Source: Callorhinchus milii
Taxonomy: Eukaryota
DNA: 64,000 bases
Direction of reading: 5' to 3'
NCBI RefSeq assembly: GCF_018977255.1
Contig: NW_024704742.1
Location: 113,090,001 to 113,154,000, forward strand
Part shown: in pieces, positions 37,639-52,000 of the stretch
Layout: each line of letters opens with the position of its first letter
Numbering within the stretch: position 1 is the stretch's first letter
Notes under the pieces: generated by a model
What the model was told of the DNA's origin: nothing
Seen by the model: the letters and a program-made list of their open reading frames with translations, nothing else
Database searches by the model: none
Made by a program: the position numbers and the translations under genes

Positions 37639-40600
37639 TGTTTATTGTGCTATCAGCCTGTGTCCACTTCCCCTCCAGAGTCCAATGGGGATAATTGTGT
37701 GTGGATAATAGTGTTCTACTGCATAGAGAAGGGAAATATTTTAGTCAATAGTTGTTGCAAATTATACTACCCAATTTTTAAAAATTATGTTAACTCAAGA
37801 CTGATCATTTTTCACATCCACTAAATTCACCTTGAAGATCCTCCTCAGAAGTTAATACTTAGGATTTCACCCAATCTTCCAGTGATATCTGTTGACTGCT
37901 CTTGATTGCATTTCTGATATGATAATTAATACTGTTAATAGTTATTACATGCTGCAAATATGACCTCTTCCAAATAACAATATAAACATATTCAATTAAA
38001 TATATAAAATAATAAAGACATAATCATTAGATAAATCACAGTGAGTTTATTATTGTTTATTTCATGGGCAACGGGTGTTTGTGATCATGGTGTAACATTC
38101 TGTTCAATTTATGGGACACCATAATGCAAAAATTGTCTTGTAACCTCTGGCTCTGACAAAGACAAAGCTAACATGACTAATATCACAGTCTGGAGCAATT
38201 TGTTGTCCCTGTCTAGACAAACTCTTCTGCAGGTATTTCCCACGATGCTTGAGTTGTAATATTTTAATGAGTGTTTCACGTTGCAGAAAGGAAAAGATAA
38301 TAAACATCAATAAATATCTCCCAATAATTGTGCAGTGTCACTGAGCAGTAAATTGTGCAATCAGTTTATTCTTGCTAGGCTAGGTAAAATCGTTAGCATA
38401 ATATTAGAGAAAATCTAAGACTCATCCCCCATGAAGAGAAGAAAACATAGATTATTTTGAACTGGTCTCACTGCATGCTTAGGTAATAATATTATGAATA
38501 GCTTCATTCTTAATAACAGCTTCAAAAAGATGTACTACATCTATTAATTTGATAACTGATTTCAATTATATATCTGTTCACTGGTCCATAGTTATAATCA
38601 AAAATATCAGTAGCCAGAATTAATTTTGCAGTTTGTTCCATAATTTTTATTATAAGCCAATGATATCCATAATGGTATTCTTTAAAATTACATTGAACAG
38701 CATAATAATATTGCGGTTAAAAATAATGAAAAAAAAGCGATGCATTTTATTGGAAGGCTCCGCCATGGGACATTTTCATAGTCATGGTGAAAATACTAAT
38801 TGAAGCATACTGTTTATATGCAGCACTGTATAAAAAGTTGCAAATGTGATTAAAATGAGTTGCTTTGAACTATCTTGCTAAACAATTATTTAAAATTAAT
38901 TGTACTATTTAACTATCTACACTTTACACCCCAGTGCACAAAATACAGAATCTTAATTTAGGACCAAGGGTTAGTACTTCTGTGTTGGAGCAAAAGGCAC
39001 TGCTTATTCTTTATATTGCCTCAATTAACCTGAAAGGACCTCAGAACAAAAGTCAGTGTGTTGGACATCAAGTGAATTGGACTGTCAAGTGAATTGGAAA
39101 AATAATACCAAGATATTGACATTTGTCTGCATCACTGTGGCAATGCCAGGAGTAGAAATTAGCTGATCCAGTGTGGAAAGGCTTAGTAGTGAGCTCAGTT
39201 TCAGCCATTACAATGCAGAGGCCATGACTGCAAATGGTCATGCAGCTTAATGTCCAACAAGCTGTACCAGTGTAGTTAGATAACATTAACATTACTTTAT
39301 TGCACGAATACAACATGAAAGTAAAACAGTGGTGTGTTCAGTTAGCTTTGTCACGTCCGGTTTCAGAAATACATGCCAATCTCATTATAAGATGCCCTCA
39401 GGAGATGAGCATTTTTTTCTGCGTTTAACAAGCCGTGTATTACAGTGAGTATCCTGAATCTTAGAGCTTGGAGTGCAACATGGAAATATTCGGAGATAAG
39501 GTTGAGCAATTTAGGAATTGGTTATTCATCTCTACTCTTCAAATAACTAAAAAAAATTGCAATTTTGAAAAAATGTGTATTTTTTAAATTTAAAAACGTA
39601 TTAGTTATAATATATAGCTTTGAATTCATCTTCATGTTTGCACTCAGCTTCACCTCGTGATGCTAACCCTTGTGAGGAAAATGCCACAATAAATAATCTG
39701 TTTTTCACTTTGTTGCCTGAATATTTCATTTGGCAAAATATCAAAAGAAGTATTTGGGTAAATACATTGTGCCAAACATGCTTAATTAAATACAAAGATC
39801 TCAGGTTCAATTCATTTCCTGAGCTAATTGACCTCTACTGGAGCAGCAGTGTTTACTAGTATTATAATTGGCTTTCATATCCATTTGGTTGGGAAGAATA
39901 AAAAAATTCAGGCAGAGTTCAACTTTGCTGTAAAGTTCCATTGTGTGTGAATATCAGAAGGGTAAAGTTCCAGAGGTCTCTGAATGTGTGTGTGAAGTGG
40001 CATTTTGTAGATTTTTAATATATACATAGATTTGTATGAGTTTTCCATGGAGAGAAATCTGGAAATCCAAGTCCTGTAAAACCAATTGTCAAAGAGCAGA
40101 CTGAACAGTTTTTTAAAAAAGTATCTCAACAAGCAGTTAATGATAGACTTGTGGAATAGAATAGAGATTTTTTTTTTACTTTAAGGTGAAGCTGGTTCAG
40201 TTTATAGAGCAAGTTTAATGAAAACCATCAAACTGTAATTAGAAGTATATACTTAAGCAATTGGGCATTATGAGGGTGAAATACATTTTGTTTCATGTAA
40301 GGAAGAAAGAGTTAGTGTTGATATTGTGTTTAACATACAAATTGATCCTCATATTATATCAAAGTTTTGACTACAAAATATAGGGTCACAACACTTCAAG
40401 GTAATTCCTGTGAAGATGGCATTTCAACACAAAATGGGCTATATCAAATGCAAAGATAATTAATAAAATGGAATAGACTTATCACCACAAGACTAGATGG
40501 AATTTCAAAATCATCTACTTCACTACAGCATTTTAGAATAGCACAAGAAAAAGCAATTTGCACCTTTGGATCTCTAATGTTCACCAAAAAGCAGGCCGAT

Positions 40601-40992
40601 AGGACTTTGTTTTAAGGCCACATTCAAAACAAAGCACCTCAGACAGTACCCCATAACCCTTCCCCATATCTCACTGGAGCCTCATCCCAGACAATGAAGC
40701 TACAATAGCCACAATAAAAAAATGTAGGCTCCCATCTCCTACAGAAAAATTGCTTTCATGTGTACCCCCTATTTTATTTTTCTTTCCGTTGATGGTTTCT
40801 TTCTGGGCAATTAGCTATGCACAATTGGCTGCTATGTTTTGTCCACAAAATACAGTCAATCCATTTTACAATATATTCTGTGAAGCATTTTGAGACATCT
40901 CAATGATGTGATATGGCACTATATTAAATGCATGGATTATTATTATTATTCCTAACCTCATCATATGTAAAATATTGGTGAACATCACAGAT

Positions 40993-42760
40993 TATAGAAT
41001 CATAGAGCACAGATGGAGGCCATTTGGCCCATGGTGTCTGTGCCGGCTCTTTGAAAAGAGCTATCCAATTCAATCCCACTACCGCCTCTCTTCCCATAGC
41101 CCTGCAAACTTGTCCTCCCCCAAAATTATCCTCTTCTCTCTTAAAAGTTGTTATCGAATTGGCTTCCACCACCCTTTCAGGCAAAGCATTCCAGATCCGA
41201 ACAACTCTCTGTGTGAAAAAGTTTCTCCTCACTTCCCCTCTGTTTCTTTTAACAGCTACTTAAAATCGGTGACCTCAGGTTACCGACCCACCCACCAGTT
41301 AAAATAATTTCTCCTTGTTCACCCCATCGCTTCATAACTTTGAAAACATGTACTAAGTTTCCTCTTAACCATTTCTGCTCCAAGGAGAATAATTCTCGCT
41401 TCTCTAGCCTCTCCTGATTACTGAAGTCCCTCATTCCTGGTACCATCCTGGTAAATCTCCTTTGCACCCTCTCCAATGCCTTGACATCCTTCCTAAAGTG
41501 TAATACCCAGAATTGAACAGAATACTCTATCTGGGACCTAACCAGTGTTTTATAAAGGTTCATCATAACTTCCTGACTTTTGTATTCTATGCCCCTATTG
41601 ATAAAGTCTAGTATCCCATATGCTTTTTTAACAGCTTTATCTGCCTGTCCTGCCAGCCTCAGAGAGTTACTTGTATGAACCCCCAGGTCTCGCTGCTCCT
41701 TCACCCCCTTTAAGATTGTACCATCAGCTTATATTGCCTCTCCTCATTCTTCCTCCCAAAATGCAACACTTCGCATTTCTCCACATTAAACTTCATCTGC
41801 CGCGTGTCACCTCAGGCGCTGACACCATCAGCATCCAAGGCTGCACTCTCCACCTCTCAAAGCCAATCAGAAACCTCGGTGTTCTGTTCGACCTGAGCTG
41901 TCCTTTCTCCCTCATATCCGCACCACAACTGGCACCGCCTTCCATCACCTCCGGAATATCGCCAGACTACGGCACTACCTCACCCCTCACGCTGCTGAAA
42001 CCCTGGTTCACGCCTTTATCACCTCAAGGCTGCACTATGGGAACTCTCTCCTCGTCGACCTTCCCGCCACCTCCCTCCACAAGCTGCAGGTCATTCAGAA
42101 CTCTGCAGCTCGTGTACTGTCCCGCACCAGGCTTCGCGACCACATCACTCCCACCCTCGCTCGCCTCCACTGGCTCCCCATCCCCCAGAGGATCGAATTC
42201 AAGATCCTCATCCTCACCTACAAGGCCATTCACGGCCTCACTCCCTCCTACCTCTCCGACCTACTATCCCCCTACCTACCTGCCCGTAACCTCCACTCCT
42301 CTGGCTCCGGTCTGCTCCACGTCCCCCGCCCCATCCGCCCTACCATCGGTGGTCGGGCCTTCAGCCTCTCAGCCCCGAGGCTCTGGAACTCCATCCCCCA
42401 GTGCCTTCGCCTTGCTTCCTCCCTTTCCTCCTTCAAGGCCGGTCTCAAGACCTTTCTTTTCAACCGTGCCTTCACCTCCCCTCTCGACTCTCTACCCCCT
42501 CCTCTCCCTCCCTTCCCTCCCCTCACCCTGACCATTCCCCCCCTCCTCGCTCCCTGCCTTCCCTCCCCTCACCCTGACCATTTCCCCCCTGCTCGGGCCC
42601 GACCCAACTGTCCAGCGCCTTGGGACGTCTTCCCGGCGTGAAAGGCACTCTATAAATGCAATCTTGTTGTTGTCTGCCCATTTTACCAGTCTGTCTATGT
42701 CCTCTTGCTGTCTGCTACTATCCTCCTCACTGTTTGCTATGTTTCCTAGCTTAGTGTCAC
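40993..42760 (-). mobile_element. CR1-clade LINE 3' fragment, split by an L2 insertion at 41809-42673
   Basis: LYKTLVRSQIEYSVQFW...ALERVQRRFTRMVPG; resumes after the L2 as DTKLGNIANSEEDSSRQQEDIDRLVKWAD. Confidence 0.92.
41809..42673 (+). mobile_element. L2-clade LINE 3' fragment (young subfamily), nested in CR1
   Basis: IRNLGVLFD..., L2 C-terminus, 3' UTR with duplicated unit and TTG tail; TGTC at both junctions. Confidence 0.93.
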
Positions 42761-43592
42761 AATTTACCCTTGTTGGCAAAAAGGACTTTGCTTTCTGCAT
42801 GGTGTACACTGTTCTTTGTATGTAGTCAAAATATCTGCATTGACTCAAAACTACGTCAGGACATTATTAGATAAATTAACAAAGACGACTGTTCAAATCA
42901 CTAAGGATGCATATAGAAGGACAATTTATACAACATTAGTATTCTGTTTACATGTTCTACAGATGTGGCTATTAATTATTGCTTAATTTCAAGAATGGTC
43001 GGTCCACTCTGTCTTTTGGGAAAAGTTGATGTAATGTGTTTACATGTGACTAAGAAGAAATTAATATCCCCATTAACATGAATTACAATCTACATCTCAT
43101 CTTTCATACATTCAATATGAGGATATTAATGGCAAAATAATTAAATGAGCTCTCACTGCACTAACAAAGGTGCTTCCATGGATTAAACCTTTAAGCAGCT
43201 ATATTTATGTGTGACCGTCAGTCCAAGGGCAGGTATTACAATTTAACTGCTTCAAGTAAAAAGTTACATGCGATTTAAATATTACTTACAAACGGTCTGG
43301 AATTTACTACTAATGCATCTTAATGATTTAACTTTTGCCATTAATTTAAAAACCACTGTGAAGCTTGGCTCTGTGAATCTCATTTGTCCTTACATTTTGA
43401 GTTTTCTTATATTTATGCTCTTTTTGTACAATTACAACAAGTTGATATCCATGTAGCACCTTTCATGCCAAAAGAACATTTCAAAGTGCTTCACGCAGCT
43501 TACTGGGAGCCTAGGGTCGGGGAGAGAGAAACTTGTATAGAATTACATAGAATAATATAAAATATTACAGCACAGAAATAACCCATTCAGTC

Positions 43593-44030
43593 AAACAACA
43601 ACAACAATAACTTGCACTTATAGAGTGCCCTCCATGCAGGGTAGCGTCTCAGAGCACTGAAAAGTGGCGGAGCCTGACTCCAAGCTGGGAGGAGAGGGAG
43701 GTGGCCGTAAGCACAGTCGAAGAGGAAAGTTTTCAGGCAGCACTTGAAAGAGGGGAGAGAGGGGGCAAGACAGAGGATTGAGGGAGAGTGTTCCAGAGTT
43801 TTGACCACCGATGGTGGGGCAGATGGTGCGAGGGACGAGCAGGTGACCGGTGCCAGTTGAGTTCAGGCGTCATGTGGTGGATTGGAGAATGAGAAGTTCG
43901 CAGAAGTAGGGAGGTGCCAGGGATTGATTGGATTAGAACATAAGTGTGAGGATCTTGAAGTCGATCCATTCGGTGATGGGGAGCCAGTGAATCCTGGCTA
44001 GAACTGGTGAGATGTGTCCATTTGTACTCC
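43593..44030 (-). mobile_element. Older L2 3' fragment
   Basis: SFKCCLKTFLFDCAY; (CAA)n tail at ~43593. Confidence 0.8.
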
Positions 44031-44462
44031 ACAAGTTTGTTTACTCCCTTCCTGGCCCCCCTCTCCCAGAAGTCTGTTCCCTTCCTCTTCATGTGTAGTC
44101 CTAGCTGTAGCACAAGTGGAAATGGGATATATGTACAACTAAATGAATGTGGGGAGCTCTGCTATCTGCTACGGATATCGGCCATTTTTTAATGTGAATA
44201 AAGCAATCAAATTGATAGTGGCCTTTAAATAACAATGATTTTCCCTTAAAACTTCTTGAAAGTGCAAGAACCTTTAAAGGGTCAAACATTAGAGGAAACC
44301 AAGTTGGTTTGCACTGCCTGCTTTTATACTTTTTGAGTATAGATTGATTTCCTCATAATATTGTAGGATGGCTTGCCTCAGATTGTAATACTTTTGTCTC
44401 TAGATCATAAGGATGTGTTCAAACTCCATGTTGATTATGTAGCTCGTAAATTCCATATGAGG

Positions 44463-44811
44463 ATAATAATAATAATAATCCTTGCATTTGATATAATAAT
44501 AATAATCCTTGCATTTGATATAGCATTTTTCACTTCTTCTAGACGTCTCAAAGTGCTTCACAGAATATGCTATAAGGTGAATTGACTGGATATTTGTGAG
44601 CGAAACACGGCAGCCAATTGCGCACAGCAGTGTTCCACAAACAGCCGTGGATTGAAAATGACCAATTTTATTATTATTTTGTTTTTTTGGAGGGATTATT
44701 ATTAGGCGTGTGGAGTAAGGAAACTTGCCCAAGGTTTCGCCCTGCCTGGAATTGAATCCAGGTGTTTCGCTTGCAAGGCGAATGCTCTAACCACTGAGCT
44801 ACAAGACTCCA
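44463..44811 (-). mobile_element. tRNA-derived SINE with a duplicated terminal tail unit; a partial second copy follows at ~44812-44960
   Basis: ATAATAATAATCCTTGCATTTGAT occurs twice; head ends GCTACAAGACTCCA. Confidence 0.9.
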
Positions 44812-46049
44812 TATAACGCCTTATCACGTCTTCGAGATGTCTCAAAGTGCTTCGCAGAATATACTGTAAAGTTAATTGGCTGTATATTTTGTGTCAGAAA
44901 TGTGGCAGCCAATTGGGCACAGCAGTAGATAGAGTGACCAAAGTTTTTTTAAAAAAGGATTATTTTATTTGTCGCAGAAAGCAATCCGAAAATCGGATTA
45001 CTCTGGGGAAATGGTTTACCTCTTACCATCTTAGCCTCAACTGCTTCCTGGTATCAAACTCCGTCAGTAGAGGGAGGACTATCTCTGATGTCCCTCTCTC
45101 CCACTCTGGCTCCTGCCCCCCCCCACCCCAATGCCAGTCCTTGTTGATCAAAGAAATAAGACAAGAGGATATTAATGGCAAAGCAAGCAAATGTACATGA
45201 GCTCTCACTACACTAGCAAAGATGATTCCTTGGCTAAAACTTTTAGAAAGCTATATTTATATGTGAATATCAGTCCTCTAGTCAGGGGTAACACTCCGGT
45301 GCTGTACTGAAAAAATTTACATTGGTGGTAGTGGTATCTTTCTGATGAGGTGTTAGGCCAAGGTCCTATCTACCTGATCATGCAAAGTTAAAAATCCCCT
45401 GACAATATTTGATAGGAATGATTCTTCAATGCTCTGGCCAACGATTCTCCTGATTACTATATTATTCACTTTACTTGGGTGTTAGCCTGGCTCAGTTAGT
45501 GGCACTTTTGCCTATGAGTCAGAAGATTGTGGGTTCAATCTGCATGGTGGTAACTTTGAACTCACATAGTCTAGGTTCACATTCCAGTACAGTGCTGGGG
45601 ATGTGCTGCGTTGTTGGCGATGTGTTTTGATGAGACATTAAACCAATGTCCCTTTGGCCTGTTCAAGTGGACTTCAAAGAACCCATAGTCAATAATTCCT
45701 CCAGATAAAACTGATCATTCACTTATGGGCTGTTTGTGAGACATTGCTGTGTGCTAATTAGATGCTGTCATTCTCTTACAAAATAGGCAGTCATTACACT
45801 TTATAATAAAGATTGTGATCTGCTTTGGCATCCTCCAGGAGTGAAAGGTGCTGTATCAAACGCAACAATTATTATTATCAGATTGTATTTAATTGTGAAA
45901 AGTGCAGTATAAATAGGGCATTATTTTCATTCTTTGTTTTGCAATGAACAAAAGTATTCAGTCTCAAATTATTCTTTTTTTCCCAATTACTCTTGGCTCA
46001 ATGCATATGAATGCTTGGCTCAGTTTGACTCCATCTCCTTGTTTTGGCC

Positions 46050-46430
46050 TGAAATCTATAACCTCTGACTAACTTTTGCATCACAGATCCATGCATACTA
46101 CCTACTGCTCTGCTCAGTCGAGCACCAGCCTGCTTCATGTTCCTTGCCTTATCCACCTCACTATTGGCAGATGGACGGGCAGGTGGGCAGGCTTTCAGTT
46201 TCTCTGCCTCCACTCTCTGGGACTCCATCACAGAGTCCCTCCCAGTTGGTCTCTTCCTCACCTCATTCAAGGCCTATCTCAAGATGCATGGCTTTGAATG
46301 CATCTTAGGTTATCTTTTCACCCCATCCCCACTCCCGCTCCCAATTTAGGTGCCTAGCCAGCAGCGCAAGTGCTTTGGGACATCATTGCAACTTGAAAAG
46401 CATAATATAAATGTAAATCTGTATTGTATT
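46050..46430 (+). mobile_element. Old L2 3' fragment
   Basis: GGQAFSFSASTLWDSI...SFKAYLK. Confidence 0.75.
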
Positions 46431-49009
46431 GCTAATCCGTATGCTACAATACTGCTATCTGTCATAGATTCTTAATTCAGCTAGGGAGGAATGGCATAGA
46501 AGTCTGGTTAAGCTTTATTTCTTGTAACTGTTAGAAGTGCCAAAATCAAAAACATCTAGAAGAGGGAATGTGAACAGGCGGCTCAGATTTATTTCAGTCA
46601 CTCAATCCACACCTGTTTGGGGGACACTACTCTGCGCAATTGGCTGTCTCGGTTCGCCCTCAAAATATACTCAATTCACTTTACAGTATATTCTGTGAAG
46701 CACTTTGAGAAATCTAAAAGATGTGATAAGGCACTATATCAAATGCAAAAATAATTATTATATAAATGTAAATTGTATTATATTGTTCAAGTGGACCAAA
46801 CTTTTGCTTTCCAATTTAACACATATTCCCATGTTCCTATTACTTATGGGTAATTGGGTTACAACAATGTGCGGACAGATGAGCAAGAAACACCTATTAA
46901 TGAATCTAGTCAGACCTCATTTTATTTAACAATTATTCTTTAATGCTCCGGCAGAAATAAATGACATTTGCCTTCAATACACCACACTGTTTACTGTCAA
47001 AATGACAGCTGTCTGAAGCAGAAGGACGTTTTGTGAGCACCAGGAATCAAAGAGATGATTTTGTTGGAGATTTTCATGTTTGAAAGCTCACACTGTGCTG
47101 GGATACAGTGCAGATTTTATGGGCTATTACCACGGCGCCAATTCTGCACTAACTTTCACAAAGCATACAGTCAGCAGAAGATACTGCAAAATAGAGCACC
47201 AATGAACTGGTGCCTAATCTAACGCAACATCCACGCATTGCAAGTCGTCACAGCACGAGATGTTGCATTCAAAGCTGCGCCCCCCCCCAACTTGCTTTCT
47301 GAAGAATGTAATAAAAGTTTGGATCAAATCATCTGAAGTACCTCCACTGTATAGCAAAATGAATATTTAATAGGAAATTTCACATAAATGTTAAAGCTTT
47401 ATGCATCAGGCCATCATTTAATACTACATGTGAGGCTGTGTAAGAGTAATGAATACAGAAAGCTATTATGGTCATTAATCATTAATTGTACTGTCTCTCT
47501 AATATTATGAACCACTGCACTATCAATGTGGAAGAGTGCAACTGGCAGCAAAGATAAGACTCAGGAAACATTGTGATGAGCCAATGAATTTACTACTGGC
47601 TGCTTATTAAGCTCAGCGGAAGTTATTTATATTTTTCATATGTTCTCATTCATGGACAAAGCTAAATGACCATTGACCATTCAGCCTCAACATAAAAAGT
47701 TATAATCAAACCATTCATTTTGACTCTGTGTGAGATGTGTCTTGTCTGATTTGGAAACAAGAGGGAAATACAGAAGTGAATAGCTTCTGTTGTTTTGTAG
47801 CTCAATGGTAGTGCCCATTTACATCCTCGTGATATGAATGCAAGCTCTTGGAGTGTTATGGCGTGATTTCTCCCTTGGTACATTTTCCACAGAGAGATCC
47901 ACTTAGTTTATTTCATCAGCACAGACCAAACTTTGACAGTTGGCTGAATATAAATCAAAACATTGCAATCTTGACCTAAAGGTGAACCCAGAATATAATC
48001 ATATTCTTGTGAGGTGGTTCAATCAGTGTACAACATATTTTGAGCATTTACTTTGTTCCCATACTTTCAGTGCTAAATAATAATACAAAACACTTGACCA
48101 ATGAGACAAAGGATACATTAACTACAGAGTGGTTTATGAGTACATCAGTGTCCTTTTCCTGCGAACAGTCATTGTTGAGATGCCTTGTCCTTATGTATCA
48201 TTCTCTGGCATAGAGAGGTATATAGAAATCATACCGCTCTCTTCCCTTCTTTCTCTCTTGAGTCAGAGCTAAAAAGTGGTTCTTAAGCTAGACAATAACA
48301 AACCCCATAAAATCACCAAGAGGAAACTGAATCTTAAATCTGGTGCACTTGTTCTTAAGGGTTTAATTGACACAATGAGGTTGAAAGTCTGGTTAACAAG
48401 CAGTCCTACAGTTGTGGGGTGCAGACAGTGGTGCCGGATAGTGTTTCGTGCTAAAATATTAATGGTGTTATGGTGTCTGCTGCACATAAATGTTCAAATC
48501 AATGGGAAATGAAAAAAAGGCCTCATTATCTCCCAAGCATTTGGAGAGGGAACAGCCAGCCTGGCTTAATGGGTATGACTTTGAGGGCAGGCCAGTCACT
48601 GGGGACAGGAATTCTTCAGGTAGAGTCGACCTAGCTGGACAAGGAGTGAAATTTTGCCAGACAGTGCTCTCAATAGCAAGCTATCTGATTTTAGCTGGTT
48701 AAGTTCCAGTAGAACCTCCATCACTCTGGTCCCCAAACCTTGGCTCTTTCAAACATGGATGAAGTATTCTCTGGAATCAGGTAAGCAGGGTGCATGCCTC
48801 TAGGAAGAGAGTGCTTATTCCATTCCAAACATAGGAATTTCCATGTGTAGGTGGCATGCATGGAAGTCTGTCTGTTTTGAATACTCTTAAGCATAGTGAT
48901 AGGTTTCTGCTTGTGTCAGACACCTGACTGAGCAGAAAATCTTCTGTATTACTACAAGCTAAAGAAGGTTAATTGAAATCACTGAGGATGCATTTTAAAA
49001 ATTACTACT

Positions 49010-49095
49010 GATAACAAAACCAGAAAATGCTAGAAAACCTCAGCAGGTAAATCAGCATCCGAAAAGGAAAGACACATTGATGTTTCAGATCTGAT
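49010..49095 (-). mobile_element. Decayed single arm of the same Penelope-type repeat
   Basis: ACAAAACCAGAAAATGCTAGAAAACCTCAGCAGGT...CAGCATC...GTTTC resembles 29941-30017. Confidence 0.6.
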
Positions 49096-52000
49096 CTTTT
49101 ATCTGAATTAATCTTATCGCCAATGATTCCAATTCCTCATCTCACATTCAAATCCCTTCATAGCTCATCCTCAGCCTACCTCTGCGACCTCCTGCAGCCG
49201 AGCACTCTAACTTCTTTCTCCGCTCAGTGAATACAAGCCTGCTTCAGGTTTCCACCTGACCTGCCCCATCGTTGGCCATTCTGCCCCCGCCCTCTGAAAC
49301 CCCAGCCTGAGATCACTCTTCTTTGCTCCCTCCCTTCCCCAACTTTAAAGCCTGCCTTAAGACTATGTACAGGCAGACAGGATGTTGATTTAATGTCTCA
49401 TCTGAAGAATTGCACTTCCAATGATGCAGCACACATCCAGCATTAAAATGTAGGCTTGAACCAACAACTTTCTGACTCGGAGGCAAGAGTACTACCAAGT
49501 GATCCAGGCTGACACACGGGTTACAGATTAGTTTGTGAATGATGTCCTCTATATTTGAAATTTGGATAACTTCTTAAAAGTATTAGTATTTATTACAGTA
49601 TTGAAGTTTGTAAATGTGAGTCATTTGCAAATTTATGTTTTGTTTCTAATTGGCAGTGGTGCTTAGAAAAGCTAAAACGGAAACATTTTTTGTTCTTTAT
49701 CGATGCATATAACGTTTACAAAATTTTNCTCACCATGGAAATAATGGCTCTCTAATAACAATTGCATTGTACATTGGTCTGAAGACTAACCATTTAAATG
49801 TTCCAAATTGAAAGGACATTTCTTATAAATTTCAGATTTCATGCAAATAGTGACTTTACCAAGAATATTGAAGATTGTGGAGGAATTGTAAGTCCATTGC
49901 AATTTTAGAAAAACTACAATTTTAAATAGTGCTCAAGTGTGCAAATTGTGAACAATGAAAAAATTGTAACTAGTTAATAGGGATCATCCTAGCTGCTTAA
50001 GGCTTTTATTTATAATAATAATTCTCCTTGCATTTGATATACCCGCTTAACATATTGTCGAAATGTCTTGAAGCACTTGAATTTTTATTGTGATATGAAG
50101 TGAGATGAAAGATGAATTCATTTAGAGGATTGTTGATCAGTATATTTTTGGATATGGCACTCGTGTTATGAACCTTTGAAAGGTAAAGGTCGGAATGGAT
50201 TTACTAGAATTTGGTCCAAAGTTCAATATTCAAGCAGCTGAGCTTCCCAGGATGCTTGCACCTGTTGGACAGAAGCTCACTTTGAAAACTTGCTGCTCCA
50301 GGATCTATTACTAATTACATATAGTCATTCTGTTCCTTTTGTGGTCCAAAAGCAGGTTGCTGTTAAGTATACAACAACAACAAATTACATTTGCATAGCA
50401 CCTTTTCACGTCAGGAGGACCTCCACTGATATACATACAATTACATACCGCATGCTTGACATACACATCATTGCCCATCGTCCCATCAATTTGTATTTAT
50501 ATAACATGTAGCGTGTATCAGGGGACAGGGTTGACCAGCCATGAGGGAGAAGGAGGTGCAATGAAGGCTCTCTGGGAATAACTAGGCTAGAACCCAGCTG
50601 CAATAACCAGCATTTTAGCACAAGCTGACCATCATCGAGGCCCATGGGTATCAGCCTGGCTCAAATTTTTGTACTCGCCTGAATAAGAAGGTTGCGGATT
50701 CAAGCCCCACATCAGGATTTTGAACTCACAGTCTAGGCTGATCCTCCAACGAAGCACTGGGAGAATACTGGAGGTTCTCTCCTAAGGATGAGATGTTACA
50801 CTGAGATTTTGTCTCCTTGCTCAGGTGGATGTTAAAGATTCCATGATACTATTCAAAAAGTGAAGGGAGTTTCTCCTGGCCAGGCCAATAATGTCTCAAA
50901 TAAAATTGATCATTACACATTCATTACATTTCATAAAAAAACAGTGAATGTAAATGCTTTGAGAGATTTGAACATGGCAAGGCAGTATATCCAATGCAAA
51001 CATTATTATTATACTTTTATAACTTTGTAAAAATTTTTTAGACGGGGTTGCGTTGTGTTGTGTGGGTGGTAGAGAAGGAGAGACTGCATTAATACTCAAT
51101 CACTATCCACTGTGATCTACTGATGCTTTGTCTCTCGATGTCCTTCCAGCACTACCTGATGAAATCTGTTTTCCAATAATTATTTAATCAACTTTTTAAA
51201 CTGAAAATGTGCCAGTTGATCTGTATAAATTGGTGCTGGAGTAATACTGTCATTGTTCTGAATAAAGTGAGTGAAAATCAAAGAGGAAAGAGAAGCTTAG
51301 GCCTGCATACTATTCACAGCAACAGACTGCCTCCTATGAACTACAAAATATATAATCACTACACTCTACAGTAAATCCTGTGAAGCACTTTGAGACAACC
51401 GCCTGCCATGAAAGGCTCAATATCAAAATCAAGGATTAATATTATTATCAGTAAAAATGCTCTTTGTATCCATTTTTGCCCACAGACTACACAGTCACTG
51501 CACTTTACAGTATATCCTGTAAAATACTTTGGGATGTACCACCGACTTGAAAGGTGTTATACCAAATACAAGGATTATCATCATTATTATCTATATAAGA
51601 TTCAGTTCATGCATACTTTTAAATATTTGTCACTAGGACCTTACTTTAACCCATTATTAAAACTGCAGCTGAGGAAAGTTTGTTCTGTTGTTGAATATTA
51701 TGCCAGTTCAGTTTGGTTTGTTCATTTCTCTACTTAATATGCTATATTGAGAAACTATTTAACCCCAACTGAGTTGTGTACTTGAACATTTTTCTCATTG
51801 CAGAATGAATGAAGCTCTGAATCTCCACATGTTATGCCTGTTATTCTTGTATGTCAGCATATTTAATCAGTGCAAACGTTTTGAAGGGATAATCAGTTAA
51901 CTATGCTGGCTATAATTAACTTGCCTTGTGATAATAGCCAATTACTTCAACTAATCTTCTATTGCATTAGTCACAACTAATGCTTATGCAGATCACATGT

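Noticed and set aside
41671..42531. 286-aa ORF, the longest in the window
   Set aside because: Antisense CR1 fused to mostly out-of-frame L2 sequence across an insertion junction
49728..49728. Single N base
   Set aside because: Assembly ambiguity or contig join, not biology
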